The translations under genes and the position numbers were made by a program. A stretch of 58,611 nt of DNA from Candidatus Magasanikiibacteriota bacterium (GTDB taxonomy: Bacteria > Patescibacteriota > Patescibacteriia > Magasanikbacterales > UBA922). The DNA lies in the NCBI GenBank assembly GCA_043809645.1, contig JBDROX010000028.1, positions 1-58,611 on the forward strand, in the 5' to 3' direction. This document shows positions 8,311 through 17,681 of this stretch, one piece after another. The notes below the pieces were generated by a model. That model worked only from the letters and a program-made list of their open reading frames with translations. It was not told where the DNA came from and did not search any database. The first letter of the stretch is position 1. Every line of letters starts with the position of its first letter.

Positions 8311-9918
8311 ATGCCTACTCATCATCTCCAAAAAGCAGGACAGAAGGAAGAAGTACAAGAAGATGTATGTCTTTTTGGGCAGACAAATTACCGCAATCAA
8401 ATGCGACGTTTTGGGATCAAGACAGATGATAGGCGTAGGCACATGTATGTAGTTGGGAAGACTGGCATGGGAAAGACCACAATGATGGAAAACATGGTAT
8501 TGCAAGATATTTATAAGGGTCATGGTATTGGAGTTGTAGATCCTCATGGAGACTTCGCAGAAAAGATCATTAACTATATTCCGAGCAATCGTGTGAATGA
8601 TGTCGTCTACTTCAATCCTGCAGATATTAATTTTCCAATTGGATTTAATATTCTCGAAGTTGAGAGCGAAGAACAAAAGCACTTGGTAGCATCTGGGCTG
8701 ATGGCAGTATTTAAAAAGATTTGGCCAGATGTATGGAGTTCTCGAATGGAATATATTCTCAATAATACCATTCTTGCACTACTCGACTATCCCGGTTCAA
8801 CACTACTTGGAATTAATAGACTTCTTGGTGACAAAAAATATCGAAAAAAAGTTGTTAGAAAATTAACAGACCCAGTCATCAAAGCATTTTGGCAGAATGA
8901 ATTTGCGCAATATAACGAGCGCTATGCTACAGAGGCGGTCGCTCCAATTCAAAATAAGATTGGTCAGTTTCTCTCTGCGAGTGTGATCAGGAACATGGTC
9001 GCACAGGTGAAGTCAACGATCAATGTGAGAGAGATTATGGATAGTAAGAAGATTTTGATCATGAATCTTTCCAAGGGGAGAATCGGAGAAGATAATAGTC
9101 GACTCTTGGGTGGAATGCTCATCACAGAGATTCGGCTGGCTGCTATGGCGCGCGTAGATACGCCAGAAGCAGAACGTAAGGATTTTTTCTTGTATGTTGA
9201 TGAGTTTCAGAATTTTGCCACGCCATCCTTTGCAAATATTTTGTCTGAGGCTCGAAAGTACCGACTCAGTCTCATTATGGCACATCAATATGTCGCACAG
9301 ATCGATGAACTGGTTGCTGATGCTGTATTTGGAAACGTTGGCACGATCGTCACATTCCGTGTTGGTGGAGCGGACGCAGAGTTTCTTGTGAAGGAATTTA
9401 CGCCAACATTCTTGGAAGAAGACATTGTTAATCTTCCAAAGTTTCAGGTTTTTCTTAAACTCATGATCAACGGTGTGGCTTCACAGCCTTTTAGTGCTGC
9501 GACTATGCCACCAATTGGAAGCGCAACAGGAAGTTTTGAGAAAGTCGTCCGTGTGTCTCGGGAGCGGTACGCAAAATCGCGAAGTAGCATAGAAGAGAAG
9601 ATTAACAGATGGAGTGGTCTTGATGAGGATCCAGATGAAGATGAAGTGGTTGGTGGTAGAGGCGGGGGTGGGCAGACACAGCAGGAAAAAAGGAAGCCAA
9701 ATTATCAGCCACAGGGACAGAAACCTCAGCAGAAGAAAAAGTTTGAAACAAAAAAGAATGAGAAGAAAGATGTTTCTCTCTCTGATCTAACCCCGACCAA
9801 ACCACAGTCTTCAGGCAGTGGTCAGCCATATATTGGTGGTGATTCTCAAAACAAAAAGAAAAGAAGAAGGAAGAAGAAAAGTGACGGTGGTGGAGATGAT
9901 ATGACAAGAAAGAATTAA
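8311..9918 (+). CDS. VirD4/TraD-like type IV coupling-protein ATPase with low-complexity basic tail
   Basis: Walker A VVGKTGMGKTT, Walker B FFLYVDEFQNF, and the LFGQTNYRN..FGIK..DRRRH N-terminal signature. An alternative GTG start lies at 8296. Confidence 0.8.
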   Translation: MPTHHLQKAGQKEEVQEDVCLFGQTNYRNQMRRFGIKTDDRRRHMYVVGKTGMGKTTMMENMVLQDIYKGHGIGVVDPHGDFAEKIINYIPSNRVNDVVYFNPADINFPIGFNILEVESEEQKHLVASGLMAVFKKIWPDVWSSRMEYILNNTILALLDYPGSTLLGINRLLGDKKYRKKVVRKLTDPVIKAFWQNEFAQYNERYATEAVAPIQNKIGQFLSASVIRNMVAQVKSTINVREIMDSKKILIMNLSKGRIGEDNSRLLGGMLITEIRLAAMARVDTPEAERKDFFLYVDEFQNFATPSFANILSEARKYRLSLIMAHQYVAQIDELVADAVFGNVGTIVTFRVGGADAEFLVKEFTPTFLEEDIVNLPKFQVFLKLMINGVASQPFSAATMPPIGSATGSFEKVVRVSRERYAKSRSSIEEKINRWSGLDEDPDEDEVVGGRGGGGQTQQEKRKPNYQPQGQKPQQKKKFETKKNEKKDVSLSDLTPTKPQSSGSGQPYIGGDSQNKKKRRRKKKSDGGGDDMTRKN

Positions 9919-9948
9919 TAACTATCTAGTCATCTTAATTGAGTTTCT

Positions 9949-10344
9949 ATGAATATAAAAAGAGCAATAGGATTTGGAGTTATGCTTTGGGTCTTAATTT
10001 TTATTGAAGTGTCTGCAGTCATGTTCATCCCATCTTTAGAGAATAAAATCATGACGCAGCATATTATTCATTGGATTATTCTTATTCCAATGGTGCTTCT
10101 GCTGGCAAAGTGGTATTTTAAAGTTGACCCTCCAACACTTAAAAAAGGAGTGTTTTTGGGTCTTATTGGTTTGGTAATTGCAATCATCCTTGATCTCATT
10201 ATTACAGTACCTTTTTTTGTAAAAGATTATGGATTTTTTGGAGATTGGAAATTGTGGGTTGGAATGGTAGAAGCAATTCTACTGACTGCATTTGCCGGAT
10301 TTGAATTCGATGAGACGTACACTGCCAAGGTAGATAAAAAATAG
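9949..10344 (+). CDS. Small integral membrane protein (about 4 TM), function unknown
   Basis: 131-aa ORF with four hydrophobic segments. Confidence 0.55.
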   Translation: MNIKRAIGFGVMLWVLIFIEVSAVMFIPSLENKIMTQHIIHWIILIPMVLLLAKWYFKVDPPTLKKGVFLGLIGLVIAIILDLIITVPFFVKDYGFFGDWKLWVGMVEAILLTAFAGFEFDETYTAKVDKK

Positions 10345-10414
10345 AGAATTGACATAATCAAAGATTGTGCTACAGTGCTGGTAGTACAGTTTTTTTATTT
10401 ACTTACAAACATCT

Positions 10415-11263
10415 ATGCAGATCATCAATCCACAAAAAATTAAAAAGTGGAAGTATGTTGGGATAGCAATTATTGCTCTTTTTGTTGTTCTTCCATTCCT
10501 TTCTAAATTTTGGGTTGTAGTAGAGGCAGGGGAGACAGGTGTGAAATCGTTCTTTGGAAAGGTGAAAGATGAAGAATTTCATTCTGGCTTTCATATCAAG
10601 AACCCTCTTGTGAAGGTGACGAAGATGAATATACGAACACAGGACTATACCATGAGCATTTCGAATGGTGAGGGACAGAAGATAACGCCGGATGCTATCA
10701 CTGCACTGACGAAAGAAGGTCTTTCTGTAGACCTTGATATCACTGTGCTCTATCATATTTCAGAAGAAAGAGCATCAGATATTTATCGTGATGTTGGGCT
10801 TAATTACAATGAGGTAATTATTCGTCCGCAGATACGAAGTGTGATCAGAGAAGTCATTGCAGAGTTCGAAGCAAAGGATATCTATTCAGAAAAAAGACAA
10901 GAAGCAACACTTAAGATCTTGGATAGATTGAAATCAAGTGTTGAGGCTCGTGGTATGGAGGTAGAAGAAGTTCTCCTTCGGCATGTGGAGCTTCCAGAAG
11001 ATCTTGCATACAGTATTGAGCTCAAGCTTCAGGCAGAACAGGAAGCACAACGATATGAGTTTCTTCTCCAGAGAGAAGAAAAGGAAGCTGAGAGAAAAAG
11101 AGTTGAGGCTGCTGGACAGCGAGATGCACAAACTATTATTAGCAAGAGTCTTTCACAAAACTATCTCAATTATCTCTATATCCAGAGTCTTGAAAATCGA
11201 GAAGGGACTATATATGTTCCTGTGAATCCAAGCAACGGAGTCCCACTTTTTAGAGGTTTGTAG
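10415..11263 (+). CDS. SPFH/band-7 (prohibitin/HflC-like) protein
   Basis: N-terminal TM, an SPFH core (VVEAGETGVKSFFGKV...TKEGLSVDLDITVLY...VIREVIAEFEAKDIYS) and a coiled-coil QAEQEAQRYEF. Confidence 0.85.
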   Translation: MQIINPQKIKKWKYVGIAIIALFVVLPFLSKFWVVVEAGETGVKSFFGKVKDEEFHSGFHIKNPLVKVTKMNIRTQDYTMSISNGEGQKITPDAITALTKEGLSVDLDITVLYHISEERASDIYRDVGLNYNEVIIRPQIRSVIREVIAEFEAKDIYSEKRQEATLKILDRLKSSVEARGMEVEEVLLRHVELPEDLAYSIELKLQAEQEAQRYEFLLQREEKEAERKRVEAAGQRDAQTIISKSLSQNYLNYLYIQSLENREGTIYVPVNPSNGVPLFRGL

Positions 11264-11282
11264 AAAGTAGTCAAATACAAAA

Positions 11283-11307
11283 AAACCGTCAACTTGGCGG
11301 TTTTTTT
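11283..11307 (+). terminator. Intrinsic terminator after the SPFH gene
   Basis: AAACCG-loop-CGGTTT followed by a T run. Confidence 0.65.
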
Positions 11308-11318
11308 GTATTCTAACC

Positions 11319-11347
11319 TTGACAAAGATTTCAAAAATATGTATGGT
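11319..11347 (+). promoter_or_regulatory. Sigma70-type promoter (TTGACA-17 nt-TATGGT)
   Basis: The -35 is at 11319-11324 and the -10 at 11342-11347, with exact 17-nt spacing. Confidence 0.5.
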
Positions 11348-11353
11348 AGATTT

Positions 11354-11534
11354 GTTCTTCGCGTACTGGGACACACCACACAGATCGACGCAAGTCGACA
11401 AGTGGCGGTTTCATACGTTATTCCTCCTGATTTGGAGACCTCAGCTCTCCACCGCCTCGATAATTCAAGATCTCAGTAGGGTGCCCTCGGACCCTCTTCA
11501 ATAGATAAACCCATTTACAAAAGGTGTTTTTTTT
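11354..11534 (+). ncRNA. Candidate structured RNA or attenuator-type leader upstream of mnmA (class unknown)
   Basis: About 180 nt between the promoter and a terminator-like hairpin plus T run (11507-11534). It holds several GC-rich stems: CGAC-GCAA-GTCG, GGCGGT...ACCGCC, GGAGA...TCTCC, AGGGT...ACCCT. The composition is GC-richer than the flanks and no convincing ORF is present. Confidence 0.3.
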
Positions 11535-11587
11535 GTTTAATAATCTCATATTGCAATTTACATATTTTCTGCTAGGATAAGGAATAT

Positions 11588-12675
11588 ATGACTGAAGAAG
11601 ACAAAAAAATTTTTGTATGTATGTCAGGTGGTGTTGACTCTTCTGTTGCTGCGGCTCTTTTGGTACACGATGGATATGATGTTACTGGGGCGTTCATGGT
11701 GAACTATGATAATGGTGAATCATGTTGGAGAAACGACTATAGGGATGCACTTCGGGTTGCTGCGAAACTTGGTATTCCTCTTCTTAAGTTAGATTTTACA
11801 AAAGACTATAAAGAACAGGTGCTGGATCACATGTTCGCTGAATATAAAAAGGGAAGAACGCCAAATCCGGATGTACTCTGTAATAAGTTAATAAAGTTTG
11901 GTGCCTGGATAGAGAAGGCGAGAGAGCTTGGTTTTGATGCCATTGCAACAGGGCACTACGCAAGCATTAAAATTTTAAAACATAAAAACATAAAAACATA
12001 TCATCTTATTCAGGCGAAGGATGGAAACAAAGATCAGACATATTTTTTGCATCAGTTAAATCAGGAGCAGCTTGCTCATACTTTATTTCCGCTTGGAGAC
12101 TATACGAAAGATGAAGTGCGGTCACTTGCCCGTGAGTTTGAGCTTCCAACAGCAGAGAAAGAGGAGAGTATGGGGATCTGTTTCGTGGGCGAAGTTCCAA
12201 TGAAGGAATTTCTTCAAGAAAGGATTGAGAAAAAACAAGGAAATATTGTGACCTCTAGTGGAGACGTGGTTGGAAAGCATGATGGACTTGCATTTTATAC
12301 TATTGGACAGCGTCACTTGGGAATTCAAAATTCAAAATTCAAAAAGCAGATGGCAAGCCGCTCTACGTGGTCGGTAAGAATAGTCAGAAGAATGAACTCA
12401 TTGTTGGGTTTGAAGATGGCTCAATGCTTTGGGCCAAGGAAATAGTAGTGGAAAACCCTCATTGGATCAGTGGACAGGCTCCTCAGTATCCTTTACAATG
12501 TAAGGTAAGACTACGTCATAGGCAAAAGCTGCAAGCAGCTGAAATTCGAAATTCGAAATTCGAAATTGGGGAAATTCAGGTTGTCTTTGAATCACCTCAG
12601 AGAGCCGTTACTCCAGGACAGTTTGCAGTGTTTTACAGAGAAAAAGAGTGTCTCGGAGGGGGAGTTATTCATTAA
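11588..12675 (+). CDS. mnmA: tRNA 2-thiouridine(34) synthase MnmA, split into two frames at 12340-12346
   Basis: N-terminal part has the PP-loop CMSGGVDSSV, NPDVLCN, ATGHYA and KDQTYFL. The downstream -1 frame reads ADGKPLYVVGKN...RAVTPGQFAVFYREKECLGGGVI, which is the conserved C-terminus. Frames 11588-12445 and 12346-12675 must be joined. Confidence 0.85.
12320..12347 (+). repeat. 7-nt tandem array GGAATTC AAAATTC AAAATTC AAAAAGC (in mnmA, at the frame break)
   Basis: Read directly; it encodes GIQNSKFKK. Confidence 0.9.
12541..12577 (+). repeat. 7-nt tandem array GAAATTC x3, GAAATTG, GG GAAATTC (in the mnmA C-terminal part)
   Basis: Read directly; it encodes EIRNSKFEIGEI. Confidence 0.9.
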
Positions 12676-12686
12676 CCCAAGATGCT

Positions 12687-14198
12687 ATGACAAATTTTTT
12701 CACACATGGCGTCATCAAAAGAAGTTGGCGGCTGGCATATATTGCCTTTGGACTGGTATCAGCAGTCCTCTATGATGTTTTTTTCTGGGACCTCCAGCGC
12801 GGACTTGGGTTTCTTGTCTTTGTTATTTTGTTTACTCTCGGTTTTGTTACTCTCTCTGCAGCAACGAAACAGATTCGTGAGCAAAAAGCATTTTTTCTCC
12901 TGGTACCTATCTCCATCATGAGTTTTGACGTAATGCTCTATAATAATGATCTGGTAACGCGAGGTATCCCTTGGTTTGTTCTTATCCTTATGATTCTTTT
13001 TTGCATTCTCCTTACCTTGCAGAATCCAAATTCATATGAGTTTTCTTTTTCCCAGATTCCAATTCTTAGAAATATAGAGGCAACGTTCCTGAAGTGGGCA
13101 ACAATGTGGAATGATCTCTTCAGATGGAAGACAGATGGAGGAAAAACAACTATCCGAAAGGTTGTTATTGGAATTATAATTTCCGTTCCACTCCTTATTA
13201 TTTTTACTGGGCTTTTCGCTGGTGCAGATGTAGTCTTTGCAGATTTTATTGCAGATATATTTAATTTCAATTTAGAAGAGTCTACTATTTGGAGAGTTTT
13301 CAGAACTGTCGTCCTTACTTTATTTATCTCCAGTGTGTTCTATGTACTTATTAGTAAGAATAATATTCTCGGACACAAGAAGAATGACGTGAGAAAGCTA
13401 GACGGGACTGTGGTTGGAACTATTTTTGCGCTTCTCAACGTACTTTTCCTTATTTTCGTCATTATTCAATTCACATATCTGTTCGGTGGCGCAGAATATG
13501 TTTTTGAAAGAAATCTGACCTTTGCAGAATATGCACGAAGTGGATTCTTCCAACTCGCATGGGTTATTGGACTCTCTGCATTTATGCTTGTGTTCTTCTA
13601 CAGATCAGCGTCGCACCACGGTAGTCATGCCTTTCTAAAGTTTCTCAAAGTGTTCTTCATTGCTCAGGTTATTGTGATTGCTATTTCGGCTCTCTTTCGC
13701 ATGAATCTGTATCAGGATGAGTTTGGGTATACAGTAAAGAGACTCTATGTAGAATGGTTTATATATTTCGCAGTGTTCATTCTTGCTCTCTCTGTGGTAA
13801 GTATTGTTATCAAGTGGAAGTTTCGAAATTTTCTCTACACAAGCATGATGCTTGGACTTCTTGCTTTGACAATCGTTTCTACAATAAATGTAGATAGAGT
13901 GATTGTAAAAGAGAATGTGGATCGGTATCTTAATGAGAACAAAGAGCTCGATGAGCATTATCTTCTCCATGATCTCTCAATTGATGTTCTCCCAGAATTT
14001 GTAAGGATTCAAGAAAGAGGATTTACACTTTCAAAATCAAAAGAAAATAGTAGCCATACATTCAGTATTTCTGTAAGAGACCTTAGTAATAAGACTTCAA
14101 CTAAAACAAAAATATATCAAGAGAGAGATTCGTGGAGAGAATTTAATGTTGGGGCAGAGAAGGGGCATGATATTATAAACAATTTAAGCACTTTATGA
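12687..14198 (+). CDS. Large polytopic membrane protein (DUF4153/DUF4173-like), function unknown
   Basis: About 500 aa with more than 10 TM segments. I chose the ATG at 12687, just after the mnmA stop. Confidence 0.55.
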   Translation: MTNFFTHGVIKRSWRLAYIAFGLVSAVLYDVFFWDLQRGLGFLVFVILFTLGFVTLSAATKQIREQKAFFLLVPISIMSFDVMLYNNDLVTRGIPWFVLILMILFCILLTLQNPNSYEFSFSQIPILRNIEATFLKWATMWNDLFRWKTDGGKTTIRKVVIGIIISVPLLIIFTGLFAGADVVFADFIADIFNFNLEESTIWRVFRTVVLTLFISSVFYVLISKNNILGHKKNDVRKLDGTVVGTIFALLNVLFLIFVIIQFTYLFGGAEYVFERNLTFAEYARSGFFQLAWVIGLSAFMLVFFYRSASHHGSHAFLKFLKVFFIAQVIVIAISALFRMNLYQDEFGYTVKRLYVEWFIYFAVFILALSVVSIVIKWKFRNFLYTSMMLGLLALTIVSTINVDRVIVKENVDRYLNENKELDEHYLLHDLSIDVLPEFVRIQERGFTLSKSKENSSHTFSISVRDLSNKTSTKTKIYQERDSWREFNVGAEKGHDIINNLSTL

Positions 14199-14209
14199 TT
14201 TGCTAGAGT

Positions 14210-16078
14210 ATGAACACTCAAGAACTCCGAGAAAAATATTTAGATTATTTCAAAAGCAAGGGGCACGCGATTATTTCCAGCGCGTCGCTGATTCCGGAGA
14301 ATGATCCAACAACACTCTTCACCGGATCTGGGATGCAGCCAATGGTTCCATACCTGCTTGGTGAGAAGCATCCAGAAGGATCACGAATAGCCGATTCGCA
14401 AAAGTGTTTTCGTGCAGTTGATATGGACGAGGTTGGTGACAATCGGCACATGACATTTTTTGAAATGCTTGGAAATTGGTCACTTGGGGACTATTTCAAG
14501 AAGGAACAAATTGATTGGATGTTTGATTTTCTGACTAGAGAACTTGGGCTTGATCCAAAGAGAATATACATAACATGTTTTCGTGGCAAGGAAGATGCTG
14601 GTATTCCAAAAGATCAGGAAGCTGCCGATCAGTGGAAAGAAAAATTTGACCACCTTGGTATCGATGCAAAGATTGTTGATAATGCTGAAGTAAGTGGCAT
14701 GCAAGAAGGACGAATCTTTTTTTATGATGAGACGAAGAACTGGTGGAGTAGAGCTGGGGTTACAGAGAATATGCCTGTTGGCGAACCGGGCGGACCAGAT
14801 GCAGAAATATTTTGGGATTTCGGAGAGAAGCTAGGTCTTCACGAAAAGTCTGAGTTGAGAGATAGTGTTTGTCATGTGAACTGTGATTGTGGTCGTTTTG
14901 TCGAAATTGGAAACAATGTGTTCATGCAATACATAAAGACCGATCGCGGATTTGAGGAATTAACACAAAAGAATATTGACTTTGGTGGTGGGCTCGAGCG
15001 CATGGTGCTTGCTATGCTAGATAAGCCAGACGTATTTCTTATTGACATTTTTGATAGTGCTCGGAAGAAGCTCGAAGAGTTGTCAGGGAAAGTATATGGA
15101 GACAATGATGAAGAGACAAAAGCATTCCGTGTCATTCTTGATCATATTCGTGCTGCATCATTCCTTATTGCTGACAGTGCGGTACCGTCGAATAAAGATC
15201 AAGGCTACTTCACCCGTCGCCTTGTCCGAAGGGCAGTGAGATTTGCTCAGCAGATTGGTATTACAGAATCATTTTGTCCAGATATTGCACGTGCCTATAT
15301 AGAAGAGTACAAAGATGCATATCCAGAATTAGAAATAAAGATTGATTTTATTTCCAAAGAGTTTGAGAAGGAAGAAAATAAGTTTCGCGCAACACTTGAG
15401 CAAGGCATCAAAGAATTTGAAAAAGGGACTGATCCATTTATTCTTTTTACAACCTATGGATTTCCGTTCGAATTGACAGAGGAGCTTGCAAAAGAAAAAG
15501 GACAGACTATTGATCGAGATGATTTTGAAAAGAAAATGAAAGCACATCAAGAGCTCTCTCGAAAAGGGGCAGAACAGAAGTTCAAAGGGGGGCTTGCAGA
15601 TTCTGGGGAAGAAACAACCAAACTTCATACTGCAACACATCTTCTCCATGCAGCTCTTCGAAAAGTTCTTGGGGATCATGTAGAGCAAAAGGGGAGTAAT
15701 ATTACAGCAGATAGACTTCGATTTGATTTTTCACACGGAGAAAAAATGACTGATGAGGAAAAGAAACAAGTAGAAGACCTTGTGAATCTGGCGATTCAAA
15801 AAGATTATCCTGTTTCATTTCAAGAAATGTCTGTCGATGAGGCAAAAGAAAAAGGAGCGATCGGGCTCTTTGGTGATAAGTATGGAGAGAGAGTAAAAGT
15901 CTATTCAGTTGGCAATCCAGATGGAGGACCAAACGCAGATCCGTCTTCTGATACGTTTAGTATGGAGATCTGTGGTGGTCCTCACGCTGATCATACTGGT
16001 TCACTTGGAACATTCAAAATAAAGAAAGAAGAGGCAAGTAGCGCGGGAGTAAGAAGAATTAAAGCAACACTTGAGTAA
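14210..16078 (+). CDS. alaS: Alanine--tRNA ligase, short form lacking the C-Ala domain
   Basis: Has FTGSGMQPMVPYL and FFEMLGNWSLGDYFK, and an editing domain with TATHLLHAALR and CGGPH. It is 622 aa, against about 875 aa in E. coli. Confidence 0.95.
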   Translation: MNTQELREKYLDYFKSKGHAIISSASLIPENDPTTLFTGSGMQPMVPYLLGEKHPEGSRIADSQKCFRAVDMDEVGDNRHMTFFEMLGNWSLGDYFKKEQIDWMFDFLTRELGLDPKRIYITCFRGKEDAGIPKDQEAADQWKEKFDHLGIDAKIVDNAEVSGMQEGRIFFYDETKNWWSRAGVTENMPVGEPGGPDAEIFWDFGEKLGLHEKSELRDSVCHVNCDCGRFVEIGNNVFMQYIKTDRGFEELTQKNIDFGGGLERMVLAMLDKPDVFLIDIFDSARKKLEELSGKVYGDNDEETKAFRVILDHIRAASFLIADSAVPSNKDQGYFTRRLVRRAVRFAQQIGITESFCPDIARAYIEEYKDAYPELEIKIDFISKEFEKEENKFRATLEQGIKEFEKGTDPFILFTTYGFPFELTEELAKEKGQTIDRDDFEKKMKAHQELSRKGAEQKFKGGLADSGEETTKLHTATHLLHAALRKVLGDHVEQKGSNITADRLRFDFSHGEKMTDEEKKQVEDLVNLAIQKDYPVSFQEMSVDEAKEKGAIGLFGDKYGERVKVYSVGNPDGGPNADPSSDTFSMEICGGPHADHTGSLGTFKIKKEEASSAGVRRIKATLE

Positions 16079-16102
16079 GGAAACAATCACCACGAAACAA
16101 AT

Positions 16103-16128
16103 AAATCTCAAATTCCAAATTGAGATTT
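16103..16128 (+). terminator. Hairpin after alaS (AAATCTCAA-8 nt-TTGAGATTT)
   Basis: 9-bp stem with only a weak T tract after it. The loop region contains CAAATTC CAAATTG, two units of the heptamer family. Confidence 0.45.
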
Positions 16129-16161
16129 GGTTCTTGTTTGTACTTTGTGATTTGTAATTTT

Positions 16162-16572
16162 ATGATGAAGATTTTTCAAAAGGTAAAGAATTTCCTCTGT
16201 CCACATAGGCGCCAGTTCGCCAAGTACTCCATCGTTGGTGTTTCTGGCTTTGTTATTGATCTCGGACTCCTGATTCTCGTCAAAGAGACGTTTTTATTGA
16301 ATCCAACACTTGCTGTAGTTCTGACACAGATTGTTGTTTTGGTTTATAACTTCGTACTCAATAAATTTTGGACCTTTCGAAATAAGGATATTCCGCATAA
16401 ACAGCTTATTCGATATGCTGTTTTGGCGTCATTCAACTATCTCTTGGGAGTCCTTGTGATGTACATTTTCAATGAAATATTTGATTTTGACTACAGACTT
16501 GTTCGGCTTGGAACTGTCATGGCTATGGTTCTTTGGAATTTCTTGCTCTATAAGTATTGGGTCTATAAATAG
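16162..16572 (+). CDS. GtrA-family membrane protein
   Basis: FAKYSIVGVSGFVIDLGLL...NKFWTFRN are the GtrA signatures. There are 4 TM segments. Confidence 0.75.
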   Translation: MMKIFQKVKNFLCPHRRQFAKYSIVGVSGFVIDLGLLILVKETFLLNPTLAVVLTQIVVLVYNFVLNKFWTFRNKDIPHKQLIRYAVLASFNYLLGVLVMYIFNEIFDFDYRLVRLGTVMAMVLWNFLLYKYWVYK

Positions 16573-16679
16573 TGGTATTTTCTACTTATCCCCATGCCAG
16601 GTCAGTTTCCTTGGTTTTTCTCATATTTTTTGCTATAATTAGCACAAATAATTAATATTCATTCTGGTAGTTCAGATTC

Positions 16680-16708
16680 TTGACAAGAAAAAGAGAATCC
16701 TGTAAAAT
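16680..16708 (+). promoter_or_regulatory. Sigma70-type promoter of the infA-rpmJ-rpsM operon (TTGACA-17 nt-TAAAAT)
   Basis: The -35 is at 16680-16685 and the -10 at 16703-16708. A second extended -10 (TGCTATAAT) lies at 16631-16639. Confidence 0.55.
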
Positions 16709-16735
16709 GACGCCAGGTTAATTTTTGGTTTAGAA

Positions 16736-16954
16736 ATGGCTAAAAACAAAGACGTATTGGAAGTTCGTGGTACTATCGAGGAACTCCTCCCTGGTGCGAC
16801 GTTCCGTGTTATTCTCGAAAACGAGCACGAAGTCATTGCACATTTGTCTGGAAAGATGCGTATGCATCGAATTAGACTAGGTGTTGGTGACGAAGTGAAG
16901 ATCGAGATGACGCCGTACGATTTGACCAAAGGTCGGATCGTATATCGCTTCTAA
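16736..16954 (+). CDS. infA: Translation initiation factor IF-1
   Basis: 72 aa with an S1-like fold sequence ([31 protein letters not shown]...). Confidence 0.97.
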   Translation: MAKNKDVLEVRGTIEELLPGATFRVILENEHEVIAHLSGKMRMHRIRLGVGDEVKIEMTPYDLTKGRIVYRF

Positions 16955-16967
16955 CAATAAAAAGAAT

Positions 16968-17052
16968 ATCAACCAGTGCGGTGGAGCATCTTCCTGCGAA
17001 AAGGCTGACATGTCATTAGGAAGAGCATTGATATCGCGGCAGTGGTTGGTAT
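16968..17052 (+). promoter_or_regulatory. Nested long hairpin between infA and rpmJ
   Basis: The outer stem is ATCAACCAGTGC / GCAGTGGTTGGT (one mismatch) and the inner stem is TCTTCCT / AGGAAGA. It is followed by ATTTTTGTTT. Confidence 0.4.
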
Positions 17053-17077
17053 TTTTGTTTACTTGAAGACACGCACT

Positions 17078-17215
17078 ATGAAAGTTCAGGCTTCAGTCAA
17101 AAAAAGATGTGAAAATTGTAAACTTGCTCGCAGACGAGGAGTTCTTTATAACATCTGTGAAAACACTAGACATAAGCAACGACAGGGTACAAAACAAAGA
17201 AAGAGGGCTGCATAA
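17078..17215 (+). CDS. rpmJ: Ribosomal protein bL36 (with short basic C-terminal extension)
   Basis: [37 protein letters not shown]... has the CxxC...C..H zinc ribbon. It is under 60 aa, so it is absent from the ORF track. Confidence 0.85.
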   Translation: MKVQASVKKRCENCKLARRRGVLYNICENTRHKQRQGTKQRKRAA

Positions 17216-17250
17216 GCCTTGCACACCATTTCGAATATAAAAAAGTATAT

Positions 17251-17637
17251 ATGAGAGTATCAGGTATTACCCTCCCAAAAGACAAAAGAATCGTTATTGG
17301 ACTGACATATATTTATGGTGTTGGATCAGTGACTGCAAAGAAGATTCTAGACATTGCTAATGTTGAGGAAAGTGTTCGTGTACATGAACTTACACAGGAA
17401 CAGGAAGACAGAATCAGAAATATTGTAGAAAAGCAGCACAAGACAGAGGGCGACCTGAGACGAGAGGTTGGAAGTAATATCAAACGCCTAAAAGATATTA
17501 AATCTTATCGTGGCATAAGACATTCGCGTAAACTTCCATCTAGAGGACAGAGAACCAAAACAAACTCCCGAACTGTCCGTGGTAATGTTCGAAACAAGGC
17601 AACGAGTGGAAAGAAACTAACCGCCCAGAAAACATAA
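17251..17637 (+). CDS. rpsM: Ribosomal protein uS13
   Basis: [25 protein letters not shown]... and operon position. Confidence 0.97.
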   Translation: MRVSGITLPKDKRIVIGLTYIYGVGSVTAKKILDIANVEESVRVHELTQEQEDRIRNIVEKQHKTEGDLRREVGSNIKRLKDIKSYRGIRHSRKLPSRGQRTKTNSRTVRGNVRNKATSGKKLTAQKT

Positions 17638-17681
17638 GATTTCATGGGATTAGGGATTCTCACTGATAACAATCATTTTGT

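Noticed and set aside
11470-11500. T-box leader (UAGGGUG resembles part of the T-box sequence)
   Set aside because: Only 7 nt match, no specifier-loop architecture was seen, and the downstream gene (mnmA) is not an aminoacyl-tRNA-related T-box target.
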